A DNA stretch of 63,940 bases, the filler included, from Klebsormidium nitens (Eukaryota > Plantae > Klebsormidiophyceae): assembly GCA_000708835.1 (NCBI GenBank). It is 7 parts of 7 records of this genome, joined end to end, with 100 filler letters (N's around TTAATTAATTAA, not from the genome) between each part and the next. Parts side by side here need not be neighbours in the genome. Positions count along the whole stretch, not along the records: positions 1 to 19,590 come from DF237601.1; positions 19,691 to 34,017 come from DF238046.1; 5 more parts are not named here. One strand, given 5' to 3'. Below are positions 10,161 through 22,301 of this stretch, piece by piece; the first letter of the stretch is position 1; each line of letters opens with the position of its first letter. The position numbers were made by a program, and so were the translations under genes. Below the pieces are notes generated by a model. That model was not told the origin of the DNA. It searched no databases and was given only the letters and a program-made list of their open reading frames with translations.

Positions 10161-13100
10161 CTCAACATCGGCAAATGAGGAGTATGCCGGTGCCCTGGTG
10201 GAACGGAAGTGCGTCGGTAAAACGTAGGGCAAACCGAATTGAATCCATCTTTATTTGGCATCCAATATTCAGTGTTTGTGAGTCTTTCCAGAATATTTGT
10301 GGGGATGTAATTTCTTTGTATGTTTCGTTCATGGTATTTTGCCACGCATATGCCTTGCAATGTCGAAGTGGGGTCGCACCGTCATTTCTTACCCATTGAC
10401 CGAAGAAACATTTCACACATGCTGGACGCATTTTGCCTGTCCCTTAAACTGGAACGGATGCACCATTATGGGTGTCAGCTAGTTGTGGTTAGATGTGCTA
10501 GGACAACAAGAGCTTTCCGCCAGGATGATGAAGTTACAGACCACTAGATCACTAGTGTTCCTCGGGTAGTTTCTCCAGAAATTTACCGAGCTGTTTTTCG
10601 TGATCTCTGGGACACGTGTCGCTAGCGGCATCTCCTCAAACGCGCGCGGCGGTTGCTGTTCTCAAGGTACCTATACGCGAACCTGCCATGCACGCGCACA
10701 CACGCGCAGAAGCCGCTTCTAAGTTACATACTCCCCCTCGCACTGCAAGTTTGTGGGTATGGTACTTCGGTCATATGTACGGTACTTTACAGCTCGGCCG
10801 CATGCTCACGCACTTCATCATGCGGGTGTACGGGTGTTATACGATACTTCCGGCTGCAAAACCCGGAAGCATCGTACCAGAAGTGAACTTTTCTTATACC
10901 GTACGCGAACGCGTAATCGTACTATACACCGATTTGCTGCCACGTGTAGCCTTAGAGTCAGCAGAGTTTCTTCACTACCCGGTAGCACCAGCTGAGAAAT
11001 AAACCGGCCACCCTGATCTGTTGTTTTTAACACCCATGCGAGCTGGCGGGGCACACCCTGACCAGCTAGGTTTTGCCCCCAGGTCCTAACGAAGACAGCA
11101 AGACGCTTGAAAGACCGAATTGAGACTAGAGCAGACGTCTGTCTTCCAAATTAACGGAAGCATACATCTTCTAATTAAGGCTTTCCGAGCGTTGGCTCCT
11201 TTGCTCCTTGTATGGATCTGCACTAATTGGCCTTCGGGGGCACATGCGTGTCATCGGAGGTTAAGACAAACTCGCCTTGCAATCAGCTGTATTCTCACGC
11301 CCCAGCACCATGTGCGTATAGGAAGTGCGGCCATACGGTTTGTGTCAAATGCCAGTGCTTGTAGGCCTTCAGGGATTGTTAAGTTACCTCCCGTACTCAC
11401 GCACTGTCTCTTAAAAATCACTTTTCCGCTTCTTATACACGGTACGCAAGAGATAGTTCTGGGTGCCTTTGATGTCTTTCTTGCGGAGTCGTCAAGCCCT
11501 TGTGGACGTTGGCCGTAAGTGCATGAGTGGAACTCTAAGAGCTTATTGCTCATTGAATTTTCCTAGTACCCGAAGCCACCTCTTGAAACGATAACTTTAC
11601 TTGTTGGTGTGAATTCCCTCCATGTGTGTCCGATTCTTGGTTTTCCCGACTTGCTGCCGCGCTTCTTTAACTTTATATGGGCAACATACGAGCCGGCAAT
11701 GCTTACGTTGCTATTGCTTGAAAGACCTATTCATGAGTAGAAATAAGGTGCCACCATTTAATCCGGCATAAGCCTCGTCACTGGTGGCCTGCTGCACGGA
11801 GTGATATGACGAGCAACCAAGTCGGAATCCTGAAACTGTGTTTACCAAACAGCATGCTTGCGATAGGGTGGCAGACGGGCTATCATTGAGGGTACACAAA
11901 TTTTAGCACTGGCGTGCTCAGACGAGTCCGCTTCCCCCACGGATGCCACGTGTTCGATCGAAAGCATGCGGGAAAACAGCTTTGCTGCCTGAGTTCCTAT
12001 CGTTTTCATTGTTTGGGTTCCTCTAGTATATCCGTGTGGAAGCTGCTCGCAATGATACTGTATCGCCGCACTTTTCTGCACGGGTATAGCGTAAGGGCCG
12101 TTCTTCATGTTCGATCTGATCACACATGCAAAGTTGGAGATGATTCGCGGACGCTGTACTGGCATGCATGCTCTACATGCGTGACATGCCTACGAACATG
12201 ACATAGTTGGCGCCATGCATCTATTAAGCGGCCAAAAGGCGCCGTTCAATTTTGGAGCCGGAGCAGGCCATGACAAGCGCACCAATGATGTGCGCCAGTG
12301 CTAGTCCACCGGGGGGGTATATTTGCATGTGCATGGTGGAGGTTTGATATGCAGCATACTTTGCCAAAAACATCACTGCCAGTGATGATTCACGCATGTA
12401 CCAATCCAAGGGCATCGTGTTGATCGACCGTGTCTATCCAACAACCGTTGTTGGTTGTTGATGCAGACACTCCGAAATTCGGGTTCCGTAATACGAAATG
12501 TAGGATTCTAGACAACGATCGCATATGCTGTCTCGTCATAGATGAAAGTTTTCATCATTGTGCCGGATTACTAAACATGTCCGTGAAGAACAGTGTCCTA
12601 TAAGAGACTTACTTGTCGACGAATATGCGCAAACCTGTGGATAAATTAGCGCTGAGGACAACGGAACCCTTTTGCAGTCAACAAGAACACCCCGAACGAG
12701 CAAATAACTTTTAAACGAAGAACACGTATAGTCAAAACAACCTAGCTGTCTAATCGCCGAACAACACCGAACATATGCATGTTTTTAATAGGTTCCAACT
12801 ATGCAACTATGCTACTCACTAATCCCGAAAACCACATTACGGTCACAAGGAATCCGTAGCATTTCAATAGGCTCTGCACTGTAAGAGTGTCTCTTGGACA
12901 GTCGGACGCGGTTTGTTTGCAACAAACCAAAGCAGAGAAGCAGCCAAACTCCTTGAAGCTAGATCACGTGACCTTGGTGTTTCACAAATCTCGAAGCCAA
13001 CAACATTATGCTCTTACGAGACGGGCGCCCTCTTGACGAAAAGCTCAGGCTAACAAACTATAAAGATACGCTGACGAGTCCTCCCACTCTTATACGGGAG

Positions 13101-13386
13101 TCATCTCTAAAACCCGAATTCAATGCCGATGCCAGCCAAGCTGCGCTCCCACGCCTCGCCGCCGGGTCTGTCCGCAGGCAACCAGCGCAACGTGGATGTC
13201 ATTCGCGCCGCCTCCGCATCGCAGGCCCCAAGGGCCGGGTCGACCACTTCCACAATCTTTCCCTGCCTAATCATATCCGTCGCCACTATGAAGAGCCGCT
13301 CCACCAATCCGCTCTCGAGCCAGCGTACCACTGGGCGCCCGAGATCAGCTCCAAAGAGAGCATACCAAAGCTGTAGACATCACATC

Positions 13387-14610
13387 TTAGTAGTACCCCG
13401 AGATGGCTTGAACAGCTAGGAGGAAAGCAGCTCCAGCAACAACCCCACCAAAACTAGGTCCAATTGGAGGGGATGGTGATGTTGATGGCTTAAGAGCTGG
13501 ACAATATGGAGAAGCTCCACATGGATAGTATGAGCTGAAAACACAGTTGCTGCAGCACAACTCCGGGTTTCCAGGATAGAAACTCGAGCCGTAAAAAAAT
13601 TTACCGCAAACAGTTGGGGGTATTTGCCCGGAGAGGTTGTTGTTACTAAGCTTTATGAATCCTATTCCGGTCAGGTTGCCGAGCTCAGCAGGAATTGCCC
13701 CAGATAGGCTGTTGTTGGTGAGCCAGAGATCAGTCAGGTTGGTCAGACTACCAAGCTCCCCGGGGATTGCGCCGGATAGTCTGTTATTGTGGAGACGCAG
13801 CCAAGTCAGGTTGGTGAGACTACCAAGCTCGCGGGGGATGGGGCCGGAGAGGTTGTTGTTGTCAAGGTAGAGGATGCGGAGGTCGGTCATGTTGCTGAAT
13901 CTGGGGGGTATGAGGCCGGTCAGGTTGTTGTTGCTAAGGGCGAGTATTTGGAGTTTAGTCATGCTGCCAAGCGCGGGCGGGAGGGCACCGGAGAGGTTGT
14001 TATCGTCAAGGTCGAGACTTTGAAGCGTGGTCAGCCTGGCAAGCTCAGGAGGAATGGGACCAGAAAGGTTGGTGTTGGAGATGCGGAGATCAATGAGATT
14101 GGTCAGGTTGCCGAGCGCAGGCGGAATGGGACCAGAAAGGTTGTTCTGAGAGAAGTAAAGCTGGAAAAGGCTGGTCATGCTGCCGAGTTCAGGAGGAATG
14201 GGCCCGGAGAGGTTGTTGTTGGAGAGGCTCAAGTAAGTAAGCTTGGTCAGGCTGCCGAGCTCGGGAGGAATGGGCCCGGAAAGCTGGTTGTTACTGAGGG
14301 AGAGACTGGTAAGGTTGGTCAGGCTGCCGAGCTCCGGGGGAATGGGCCCGGAAAGGCCGTTGGAACTGAGGTAGAGAGTGGTAAGGTTGGTCAGGCTGCC
14401 GAGCTCAGGGGGAATGGGACCTGACAGGTTTCTCCCATATCCAGTATATATATAGATACTACTTTGATTCCAAAGGGGGCCCTGGACCAAATTGGCAATC
14501 TGCTCAATAGTGAACGAGTGAATACCACTCATGAGCCCGCACCCAAAGAGGGCAACCAGGATCAGCATCCTCACACACTTTGAAGTCCGTGCAACCATGG
14601 CCATGGACAT
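13387..14610 (-). CDS. Plant-type LRR receptor-like or secreted protein, intronless
   Basis: N-terminal hydrophobic signal (LILVALFGCGLMSG); 12 NxLSGxIPxxLGxL motifs at 24-aa period; GNPELCC cap; Pro/Ser linker; hydrophobic C-terminus GGVVAGAAFLLAVQAI. Confidence 0.93.
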   Translation of the reverse strand: MSMAMVARTSKCVRMLILVALFGCGLMSGIHSFTIEQIANLVQGPLWNQSSIYIYTGYGRNLSGPIPPELGSLTNLTTLYLSSNGLSGPIPPELGSLTNLTSLSLSNNQLSGPIPPELGSLTKLTYLSLSNNNLSGPIPPELGSMTSLFQLYFSQNNLSGPIPPALGNLTNLIDLRISNTNLSGPIPPELARLTTLQSLDLDDNNLSGALPPALGSMTKLQILALSNNNLTGLIPPRFSNMTDLRILYLDNNNLSGPIPRELGSLTNLTWLRLHNNRLSGAIPGELGSLTNLTDLWLTNNSLSGAIPAELGNLTGIGFIKLSNNNLSGQIPPTVCGKFFYGSSFYPGNPELCCSNCVFSSYYPCGASPYCPALKPSTSPSPPIGPSFGGVVAGAAFLLAVQAISGYY

Positions 14611-16573
14611 GTGGCTTCAAGAATGACCGAGGAGTCAACCTACATAAGAAAGACATCCGGTCAGAGTGGCGGTTTCTTGCTTTCAATCGTTGGAGGATGT
14701 TTTCAATGGTATTGCAGAAGGCCTTTTTCTGGCGGGCATTTGAAAGCTTTCCCTATTGAATTCTTGACATTGGAAAGCATCAATTGAGGATGTTTAGGAG
14801 TGATTAAGGATATCTTTGTCAGACACTTTGCAAACTATACAATCTTAAGCTAGACTCTTGAAACGAGGGTCTTGCACAGAAGACCCTCCCCTCTGCCGTA
14901 AGCTTCCAACTCCCACTAATTTATGCTCAATGCGCCGGCGCCTCCTCAACACAAGTGCTAAGCATGTAAAGCAACACAAAATCAACCAATGTAGGCAACA
15001 TGCGACAGCCACACCGCGGAGTTCCGAGGTGGCAGTAAAAACGGCAAAATGTGAAGACTCACCTTCTGAGATTCCTGCACCGACCAATTTCTTTCAGTTC
15101 AGTCCTGCGCTGTTGCCAAGATTAATTGCACTAAGAGAGGACCGACCTGCAGCTCGTGCACCAATGCCTATGAAAGCAGCCCGGCGCGACCGTCGGGAGC
15201 TTTCAGTCATCACTGAGCTTGCACATTACAGACATCACAGGGTCAGCCCTACTACTCTTCCAATTCTGCTGCAATTGCAACACTCTTGTAGTAAACGGTT
15301 CCTTACAGCAGTTTTACAAAAACCATTGAATCGGCGAGGGGGCGGCGGCGAGGGCTATCCCTACGTTTGGATCACGTGGCACCCCCTCCATGCCACCGTG
15401 GCTGCGTCTGAAGTTTTAGGGCACTTTAAGAGTGCGCCCCACTGGCAGGCTCCACGTGGCAAGCGCTCCAAGTTCCAACACCAGGTGCGGCGCACTTATG
15501 TCAACATGCAAGTTGTGGATGTCAACATGCGAATTGGAACCCACTCTTTGCTCCCGAGTCCCGACTTCTCAAACTGGGCTCAAACTGCAGTGGGCCCAAG
15601 CGTGCAATGGTTGTCGTTGACTTTCCGAGGTGGGTGCCACGTGTCCGGGCGGGTGTGCGCGAGTGGGCGCGCGCATGGTCTGGACAGACAGCATCACTTA
15701 AGGCTAGGGTCACGTCCCTTGTCCTTAAGTCCTGGGGCATGTCCAGGCTACTTAAAGCCATTCTCCTTTAAGTCTTGTTCCTAGACCCTACTGGGACCTA
15801 CCAGGCTAAAGAGGGTCGTCCAATCAGTATTCGTCTAGACGAGGAGCTGGGGGTGTGATATCCGGTTCCAAGTCTTATTAAGTCCTGTCCGGGGTCTTCG
15901 GAGTTTAAGGCTAAGGGACGGGGACCGGGATGCTCTCTTTTAAGTGGTGGTCAGTTTGACGTGTCATTCACCGGGTGGCTGCAAGTTGCGTCTAGAGGCT
16001 GGGGGTCCGGCCCCTCGGGATTCGAATCGGGCACGTGGCACCCCCTCCATGCCACAGTGGCTGCGTGTTCCGATTCCATGCACACTTGTCCCGACAAATA
16101 AGGAGTGCTAAGTGTCCTAAACTTTCGGACAGGTGTGCAGGCATACACTGAGCACACATGCTTGACAGGATCCGGGTTCTACGAGTGCAATGGATTCGAC
16201 GGTTGCATGCCGTGCACGCGGCAGATCTTGCTTGACCAGATCTTTCGAGGACCAATAAAATAGCCCCGGAATCGTTTCACATGTGCCACGTCTCCTGAAA
16301 ACTCGGAAAGTGAGCTCAGTATGTCCGAGTTTTTAGGGCACGTGCGCTTCCAGCTAAGCTGCAGTCTTGTCAGTATACAAACCGTAACCTAGGATGTCTA
16401 TGGTGCTGCCTGCACTATCTAAGACTCTTTGTCCGGAATTGAAGAACACACAGCACTCTGAAGTTAAGGTTTCTACACGCGGGTCCGCTTGCCGCTTCCT
16501 AGAAGCTTTGAGGGAGAGCACATTAGTGAAATCCGAGCTTAAAAATGGCTCTCTGTCAACATCCACGTCGCGA

Positions 16574-17320
16574 CCTGGGCGCGCTATGTGAGTGACACGT
16601 GACCCCCTCAGGCCCCTGGGGACATACCCATTTTTTCTCCCGGTACCCCTTCTATGCAATATGGTGCGTACCTGTGCGCATTTACGCCTCAGAAAGCACC
16701 GGGCTCACGCCTTGGAGTGTCCCCGTGCCACAGCCAACGGCATTGCGCCGCGTAGCAGAGGCGGCTAACGCCTTGGAGTGTCCCCGTGCCACAGCCAACG
16801 GCATTGCGCCACGTGACAAAGGCGGTCTAACCGGGATCCGCCGGAAGCAGTCCCGGTAGGTACCCACATTGCCCCCGGTACCCCTTTTATGCTCGATGGT
16901 GCGTACCTGCCACCTTCTAAGGCTGCCGCCAAGCCGCCCGCGCCGCGTCGCGGCCTGGGCGCGCTATGTGAGTGACACGTGACCCCCTCAGGCCCCTGAG
17001 GACATGGTAGGTACCCACTTTTGCCCCCGGTACCCCTTCTATGCAACATGGTGCGTAACCTGTGCGCATTTACGCCTCAGAAAGCACCGGGCTCACGCCA
17101 TGGAGTGTCCCCGTGCCACAGCCAACGGCATTGCGGCGCGTGGCAGAGGCGGCTGGCGCCTTGAAATGTCCCCGTAGCACAGCCAACGGCATTGCGCCAC
17201 GTGGCAAAGGCGGCTAGCGCCTTGAAATGTCCCGGTGCCACAGCCAACGACATTGTGGCGCGTGGCAAAGGCAGTATCACCGGGATCCACCGGAAGCAGT
17301 GCCGGTGGGTACCTTTACCC
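16574..17320. repeat. Higher-order repeat: two ~380-bp units containing 61-bp subunits (2 + 3 copies)
   Basis: CCTGGGCGCGCTATGTGAGTGACACGTG at 16574 and 16954; subunit starts at 16708, 16769, 17096, 17157 and 17218. Confidence 0.9.
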
Positions 17321-18074
17321 ACGGTATTCCTTTAATGTTGAGTGGTACGTACCCGTAGCCTCCGAAGCCGGGCGCGGAGCCGCCAGCGGAGCCGCCCGCG
17401 ACGGAAGGCGGCCTAGGTGCGTGAGATGAGTGACTGTCAGTACTCAGCGCTTGGCTTTTGGATACACACAGTCAAATTTATCGGAGGTTCGAACATTTTT
17501 TGTTAGAACCTCTAACTTTTTATTGACAGAACAGTTCACAACAGCGCGTCCCACATCTGGCGACTATTGCGACTATGGCGTCCGATGACCAGTGGTGCAG
17601 TGCTCAATCCATACGGGCCCAGCTCTTTGTAGTTGTGTGGTGTGAGATCTACCTTCTGAGCTCGCAACCATGTCTGCAACAACCGAAGTTGTGATTGCAC
17701 GCTCTCCTGTGATGATGCTGCCATCTCCTCCAGTCGGCAAGATAAGGATTGCATACAGACCATGCAGCTTCTGAGGCCGGGCGCGGACGCTCTGGTCCCA
17801 ATTGCAAATATGTAAGGCCATACCTGGGAAGATACCCTAACATGATAGTCCACTTTTCCGGGAAACAATATAACAGATTAGCAGTAGGGCAGTTCCCATC
17901 TGGGTCCCAATTGCAATCGTCACAAGAGATGTGTATCTTTATTATATCCAAGGCAGCCCTGCTAGACGGCCTATCTTCTCGACAACCTCCTTAGGTAACC
18001 ACCACCTCTTCTCCAATGCAACAACTACTGCTACTTGTTTCAGGACCACTGATTTGGCAAGCTCTAATGACTCC

Positions 18075-18978
18075 TTATCCAAGCAGACGGCGTAGTTTCC
18101 ATGCAAGCCGAGCGCACTTTGGTCCGGAAACAGCCAGGCCTGGTCTCAGGATGTGGCCAACGTGCCCCTGCTCCAAAAGCATCCGAAAGAGGAGCATGCG
18201 ATCCTCTCGAATTGCGAGGCCACACAAATAATTCGTCAACCCACATACTTCAAAAACGATGACATCAGCACCCCGGCCCAGCAGCAGCTCGCTGACTGCA
18301 CTATGCCCTGCCGCAACAGTGCTGTAGAGCGCCGTCCGACCCTTGTCATCCTTTGCATTCACATCAGCACACCGGCCCAGCAGCAGCTCGCAGACGACTG
18401 CACTCGTCCCTATATAAGCAGCGCTGTGGAGCGCCGTCTGACCCTTGTCATCCTTTGCGTTGACATCAGCACCGTGGCCCAGCAGCAGCTCGCAAACTGC
18501 AATCCTCCCTGCCATAGCAGCCCAGTGGAGCGCCGTCAGACCCTTGTCATCGGTTGCATTCACGTCAGCGCCCCGGCCCAGCAGCACATTGCAGGCTGCA
18601 CTCTTCCCTCCCATAGCAGCCCTGAAAAGAGCCGTCTTACCCTCTCCGTCCTTTGCATTCACATCAGCACCCCGGCCCAGCAGCACATTGCAGACTGCAC
18701 TACGCCCTGCCATAGCAGCCCTGTGAAGCGCCGTCAGACCCTTGTCATCCTTTCCATTCACATCAGCACCCCGGCCCCGCAGCACATTGCAGACTGCACT
18801 ATGCCCTGCCATAGCAACACAGTGGAGCGGCGTCCAACCATTGTCCATTCTTTGCATTCACATCAGCACCCTGGTCCAGAAGCAGCTCGCAGTCTGCACT
18901 CTTCCCTACCACAGCAGCCAAGTGGAGCTCCGTCATGTATCGGCTACGTGTATGCCACCCTCCATCTGCATGCATCAT
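18075..18978 (-). pseudogene. Ankyrin-repeat protein (~7 repeats) with a 1-bp frameshift near 18845
   Basis: 33-aa repeats G.TALH.AA..G...VC.LLL..GADVNAKD. The first repeat (ORF 18799-19023) and the rest (18075-18857) are offset by one base at AAGAATGGACAATGG. Confidence 0.85.
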
Positions 18979-19175
18979 TAGACACCCTAACCCGGCCCTT
19001 GATACTTTGAAGCCCTGCTTCAATCTTCTGTATTTGGAGAGCGAGGTCTAGAATGACCGCTAGAGAAACTGAGCAATGTGGTGTAAAACACTATTCGCTC
19101 TACCTCACTCAAGAGCCCATAGCGATAGTTTCATGTGAAAGTTGAAACTTTTTTCTAAGCAGTAGGCTCTCCTAG

Positions 19176-19560
19176 CGCGCGGCGGCCACATGTCGCGCCC
19201 TGAACCCGTTAAAGGGCGCGGCGGCCACATTCACAGCGCGTGGCGGTCTCAATGTCGCGCTCCAAACCCGTCAGAGGGCGCGGCGGCCCACATTTTCAGG
19301 TCGCGGCGGCCCCAATGTCGCTCCCTGAACCGGCAAAGGGCGCGTCGGCCTCAATACGCTCATGGCGCCTTCTACGTCGCGGCGGCCCCACTGTCGCACT
19401 CTTAACCCGTTAGAGGGCGCGGCGGACCCGCTTTCACAGCGTGCGGCCGTCCCAATGTCGCGCTCTAAACCCGTTAGAGGGTGCGTCACTTTCAGGACGC
19501 GGCGGCCCCACTGTTGCGTTATAAACCCGTGAGAGTCGGCTGTCCGCGCGGCCGGACATT
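19176..19560. repeat. Degenerate GC-rich minisatellite, ~62-bp period, ~6 copies
   Basis: (A/C)TGT(C/T)GC...AACCCGTTA.AGGGCGCGGCGG recurs at 19190, 19252, 19315, 19391, 19455 and 19511. Confidence 0.8.
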
Positions 19561-19590
19561 ATTATCCTTTGCGTTGCTTTCGAGCGTCGG

Positions 19591-19690
19591 NNNNNNNNNN
19601 NNNNNNNNNNNNNNNNNNNNNNNNNNNNNNNNNNTTAATTAATTAANNNNNNNNNNNNNNNNNNNNNNNNNNNNNNNNNNNNNNNNNNNN
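19591..19690. other. Artificial concatenation spacer (44N-TTAATTAATTAA-44N)
   Basis: Identical 100-nt spacers also at 34018-34117, 44805-44904, 51070-51169, 57738-57837 and 62317-62416. The 12-mer places a stop in all six frames. Confidence 0.95.
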
Positions 19691-20142
19691 GCGTAGGTAC
19701 CTACCTCGTGTATTGAAGTACCGTGAGTGGGTAGGTACACCCGGCACCGTACAGTTAAAACCGCTGGAGTCTCATTCCCGAGTCCCGGGACACTTCGATG
19801 GGCCGGGCGCGGCCGACGGCCAGCTGAGCCCCCCCTTTCCCAAGCTTGGCAGTCCTTTCAAAAGAAGTTTTACACTTAGAAGAGGCTGAGAATAGGCAAC
19901 TTATGGGAAAATTTCAACGGCATTTTCTGAAAGATATTTGACAATGGACCTTGCTTTTCCACATCAAAATCAAATTTTTGGGTTGAAAAATGGATTTATT
20001 ATATCACGTTTTTCAAAATTTTCTCAAAAAATGGGTCGGTTGCGGGCAGGAAACCGGAAATGTAATTCGGACGGCCTTTCGTACCCTGGATCAGTCTTTT
20101 ATTCTGGTCAGTAGTAGTGTCGATAGAATAATACATCCCCAG

Positions 20143-20746
20143 CAGGGGTGCGGGCGGGGCGGAGAATGGGGCGCAGAGCGCCTCCGGGAAAATTCCTGCG
20201 CCCTCGGGCGGAGGGCCGGGGCGCAGAAGCGCCCCCGGGCAAATCTGGGCCTGAGCAGGGACATTGACTGTATTTGGTGCTTATATCTGTGGAAAAGTCG
20301 AACAAGGTCAAGCATCTGAGCGAAGTCCACTTCGTAAGCGCTGGCTGGAGGATTGGACATCTATATTATAAAGTCCCTACAATACCAGCATTTCAGATGA
20401 TCGTCCTACGGAAGTTCTGACCTCCCCTCCCATCTGACTGTACAATCCGATATGAGTTCTTGATGCATATGTGCATTTATTACTTCTATATCCAGATTGT
20501 ACTTACTAGCATTTTGATTTACGAGATACCATAGCTGCTTCAAAAGAAATATAAGGGGGGCCAGGGACCAGGATTCAAACTTCAGGGCCTCCCACGGCGC
20601 CCGCAATATATAGCACGTGCTAGTTGTACCGGGCGCTATTAAAGGCCCGGTACTACCATGTGCGCCCCAGGGAAGCTGGCCTGCGCCCCAGGGCGATGGC
20701 CCGGGGCGCAGAGGCGCCCCGGGGCAAAATCCTGTCCGCACCCCTG
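20143..20746. mobile_element. hAT-type non-autonomous element (MITE), 604 bp
   Basis: TIRs CAGGGGTGCGG(G/A)C(G/A)GG; 8-bp TSD ATCCCCAG/ATCCCTAG (7/8 match); subterminal GGGGCGCAG repeats. Confidence 0.8.
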
Positions 20747-21679
20747 ATCCCTAGTGTGCAACTTGGGCAACCGCCGCCCGGTCTGTCCGAGGTGATTTTT
20801 CCCGCTGGGCCTGATCCTCTTTGGTATGAGTATCGTCAAAAACCGTAGGGGTCCCCGATTATGGGCTAAAGTTTTTGGCGTCCGAATGGAGTTTACCAAG
20901 AACTTTGGGAATTTTGGATGCTGAAGTACGGCGTACGGATTAACCCGAGTCGCGCGTGTAAGTCGGTCACGTGAGGCTTCCTGCGTAGATATAAGCTCAT
21001 ATTTGCTATCTTTGAGCCGCATTTCCCGAGCGGATTTTTGAGATTTGACCCAGATTTTTTAGGGGCTGCCCTCGTATGCGCCCTAACTCGGTTTCTGGTC
21101 GCATGGTTTGGTTGAAACCCAAGTGGAACGAATGCTAGAGTAGGTGCTTTGTGGGTGCGTCTTTGCAGGCGTCAAAACCCAGAAAATTGACCGCTAACGC
21201 TTGACGTTGGACATGACCAGGTAACCCATGCGACCAGCATCGATCCCTTCAATGGCCCGGACCCACACGAACTTTGAACGCCTTATTTAGAGACGTTTTG
21301 GGTCAGGAATTTCAACATTTGTGCCCGAAACGTCTTTTTTTGGCTCAATTGACGTCTTGGACAAACTGTATAAGACCTACATCTGGATACGTGTGGCTGG
21401 CTATGTGCTCGGGTGGCAGCTTATACTCTGTGGCAATCAATATAACGACCGCAAATTGAAGAATCTTGTCAAAATCGCCGCTCAGGGTGGAGGCGCTACC
21501 CCATTGGGGGCCCATTGGTCAGCAGGTTAGCACAAAGCAGGCACCAAGCCCTCACAAAGACATTCGTTCAGAGCTTGCCACTTGTTTTCCAAATGCATGG
21601 CACTTCACTCTCATACTTTCAAAGGACGCACAACAATCTCTTGATAGATACCCCTTTAGATGCTTCGACATCTATCGTA

Positions 21680-21937
21680 GAGACATTCCCATTCGCACCA
21701 GCTTGGTGCGAATAATTAATTTCTACAGTTCTGGCATTTCGCACCAGCTTAGGGGATAGTTTTTATTTTTTCGCACTGAGCTCATTTTATAGTGTTTTAG
21801 GCCTGTTTTGCACCTTTTGATGCTGCTTTTGGATTTTCTTTCACTTCGCGTTTTTGCACCAAGCCCAGATCTTAGTTTCTATAATTTCGCAATGGCCTGA
21901 AATGGATAAATTTTAGTAGTGCGAATGGGAATGTCTC
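21680..21937. mobile_element. Tc1/mariner-type (Stowaway-like) MITE, 258 bp
   Basis: Perfect 19-bp TIR GAGACATTCCCATTCGCAC with TA on both sides; AT-rich interior. Confidence 0.75.
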
Positions 21938-22263
21938 TATCATGGTAAATGTAGGAAGTGAGTATTGACCGACAGACTTTTGATCGACAGGTCTGCAGAT
22001 CCGACATTGCTGGAAAGTTGGAAAGTGCCGCCGGTGTCACCATATCTCGTCAAGTCCCTTCAGGTTTAGCAACAAAAATTCACAGCGGCACTTTAACAAC
22101 ATGGTAACTAGAACGATCCGGATTTGTCACCGCGCAATGGCTGAAATCAACGATCCAACCAATAATACTTTACCATCCACAGTGGTCCGCATGGTGGAAG
22201 TTTACGATCTTGTCCACTTGTCAAATAGGGTATCAAGTGAAGTAGAGAAGCAACTAGAATGGG

Positions 22264-22301
22264 CTAGGAGGGAGACCGCCCTTCGGGCGGTCCCCTCCTA
22301 G
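22264..22301. other. GC-rich 17-bp hairpin with CTAG at both ends (Helitron-terminus-like)
   Basis: CTAGGAGGG-A-GACCGCCC-TTC-GGGCGGTC-CCCTCCTAG followed by T. Confidence 0.4.

Noticed and set aside
12972-13070. Ubiquitin-like stretch (LLRDGRPLDEKLRLTNY)
   Set aside because: Only ~20 residues of resemblance, with an upstream in-frame stop and no support for the rest of the fold.
13789-14424. 211-aa plus-strand ORF
   Set aside because: Antisense shadow of the LRR gene.
14858-15784. 308-aa ORF
   Set aside because: No recognisable motif; it runs across non-coding-looking repeat blocks.
18153-19010. 285-aa plus-strand ORF
   Set aside because: Antisense shadow of the ankyrin repeats.
19635-19646. 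TTAATTAATTAA as a biological site (PacI or piggyBac TTAA)
   Set aside because: It is always centred in exactly 44+44 Ns, so it is a synthetic linker.
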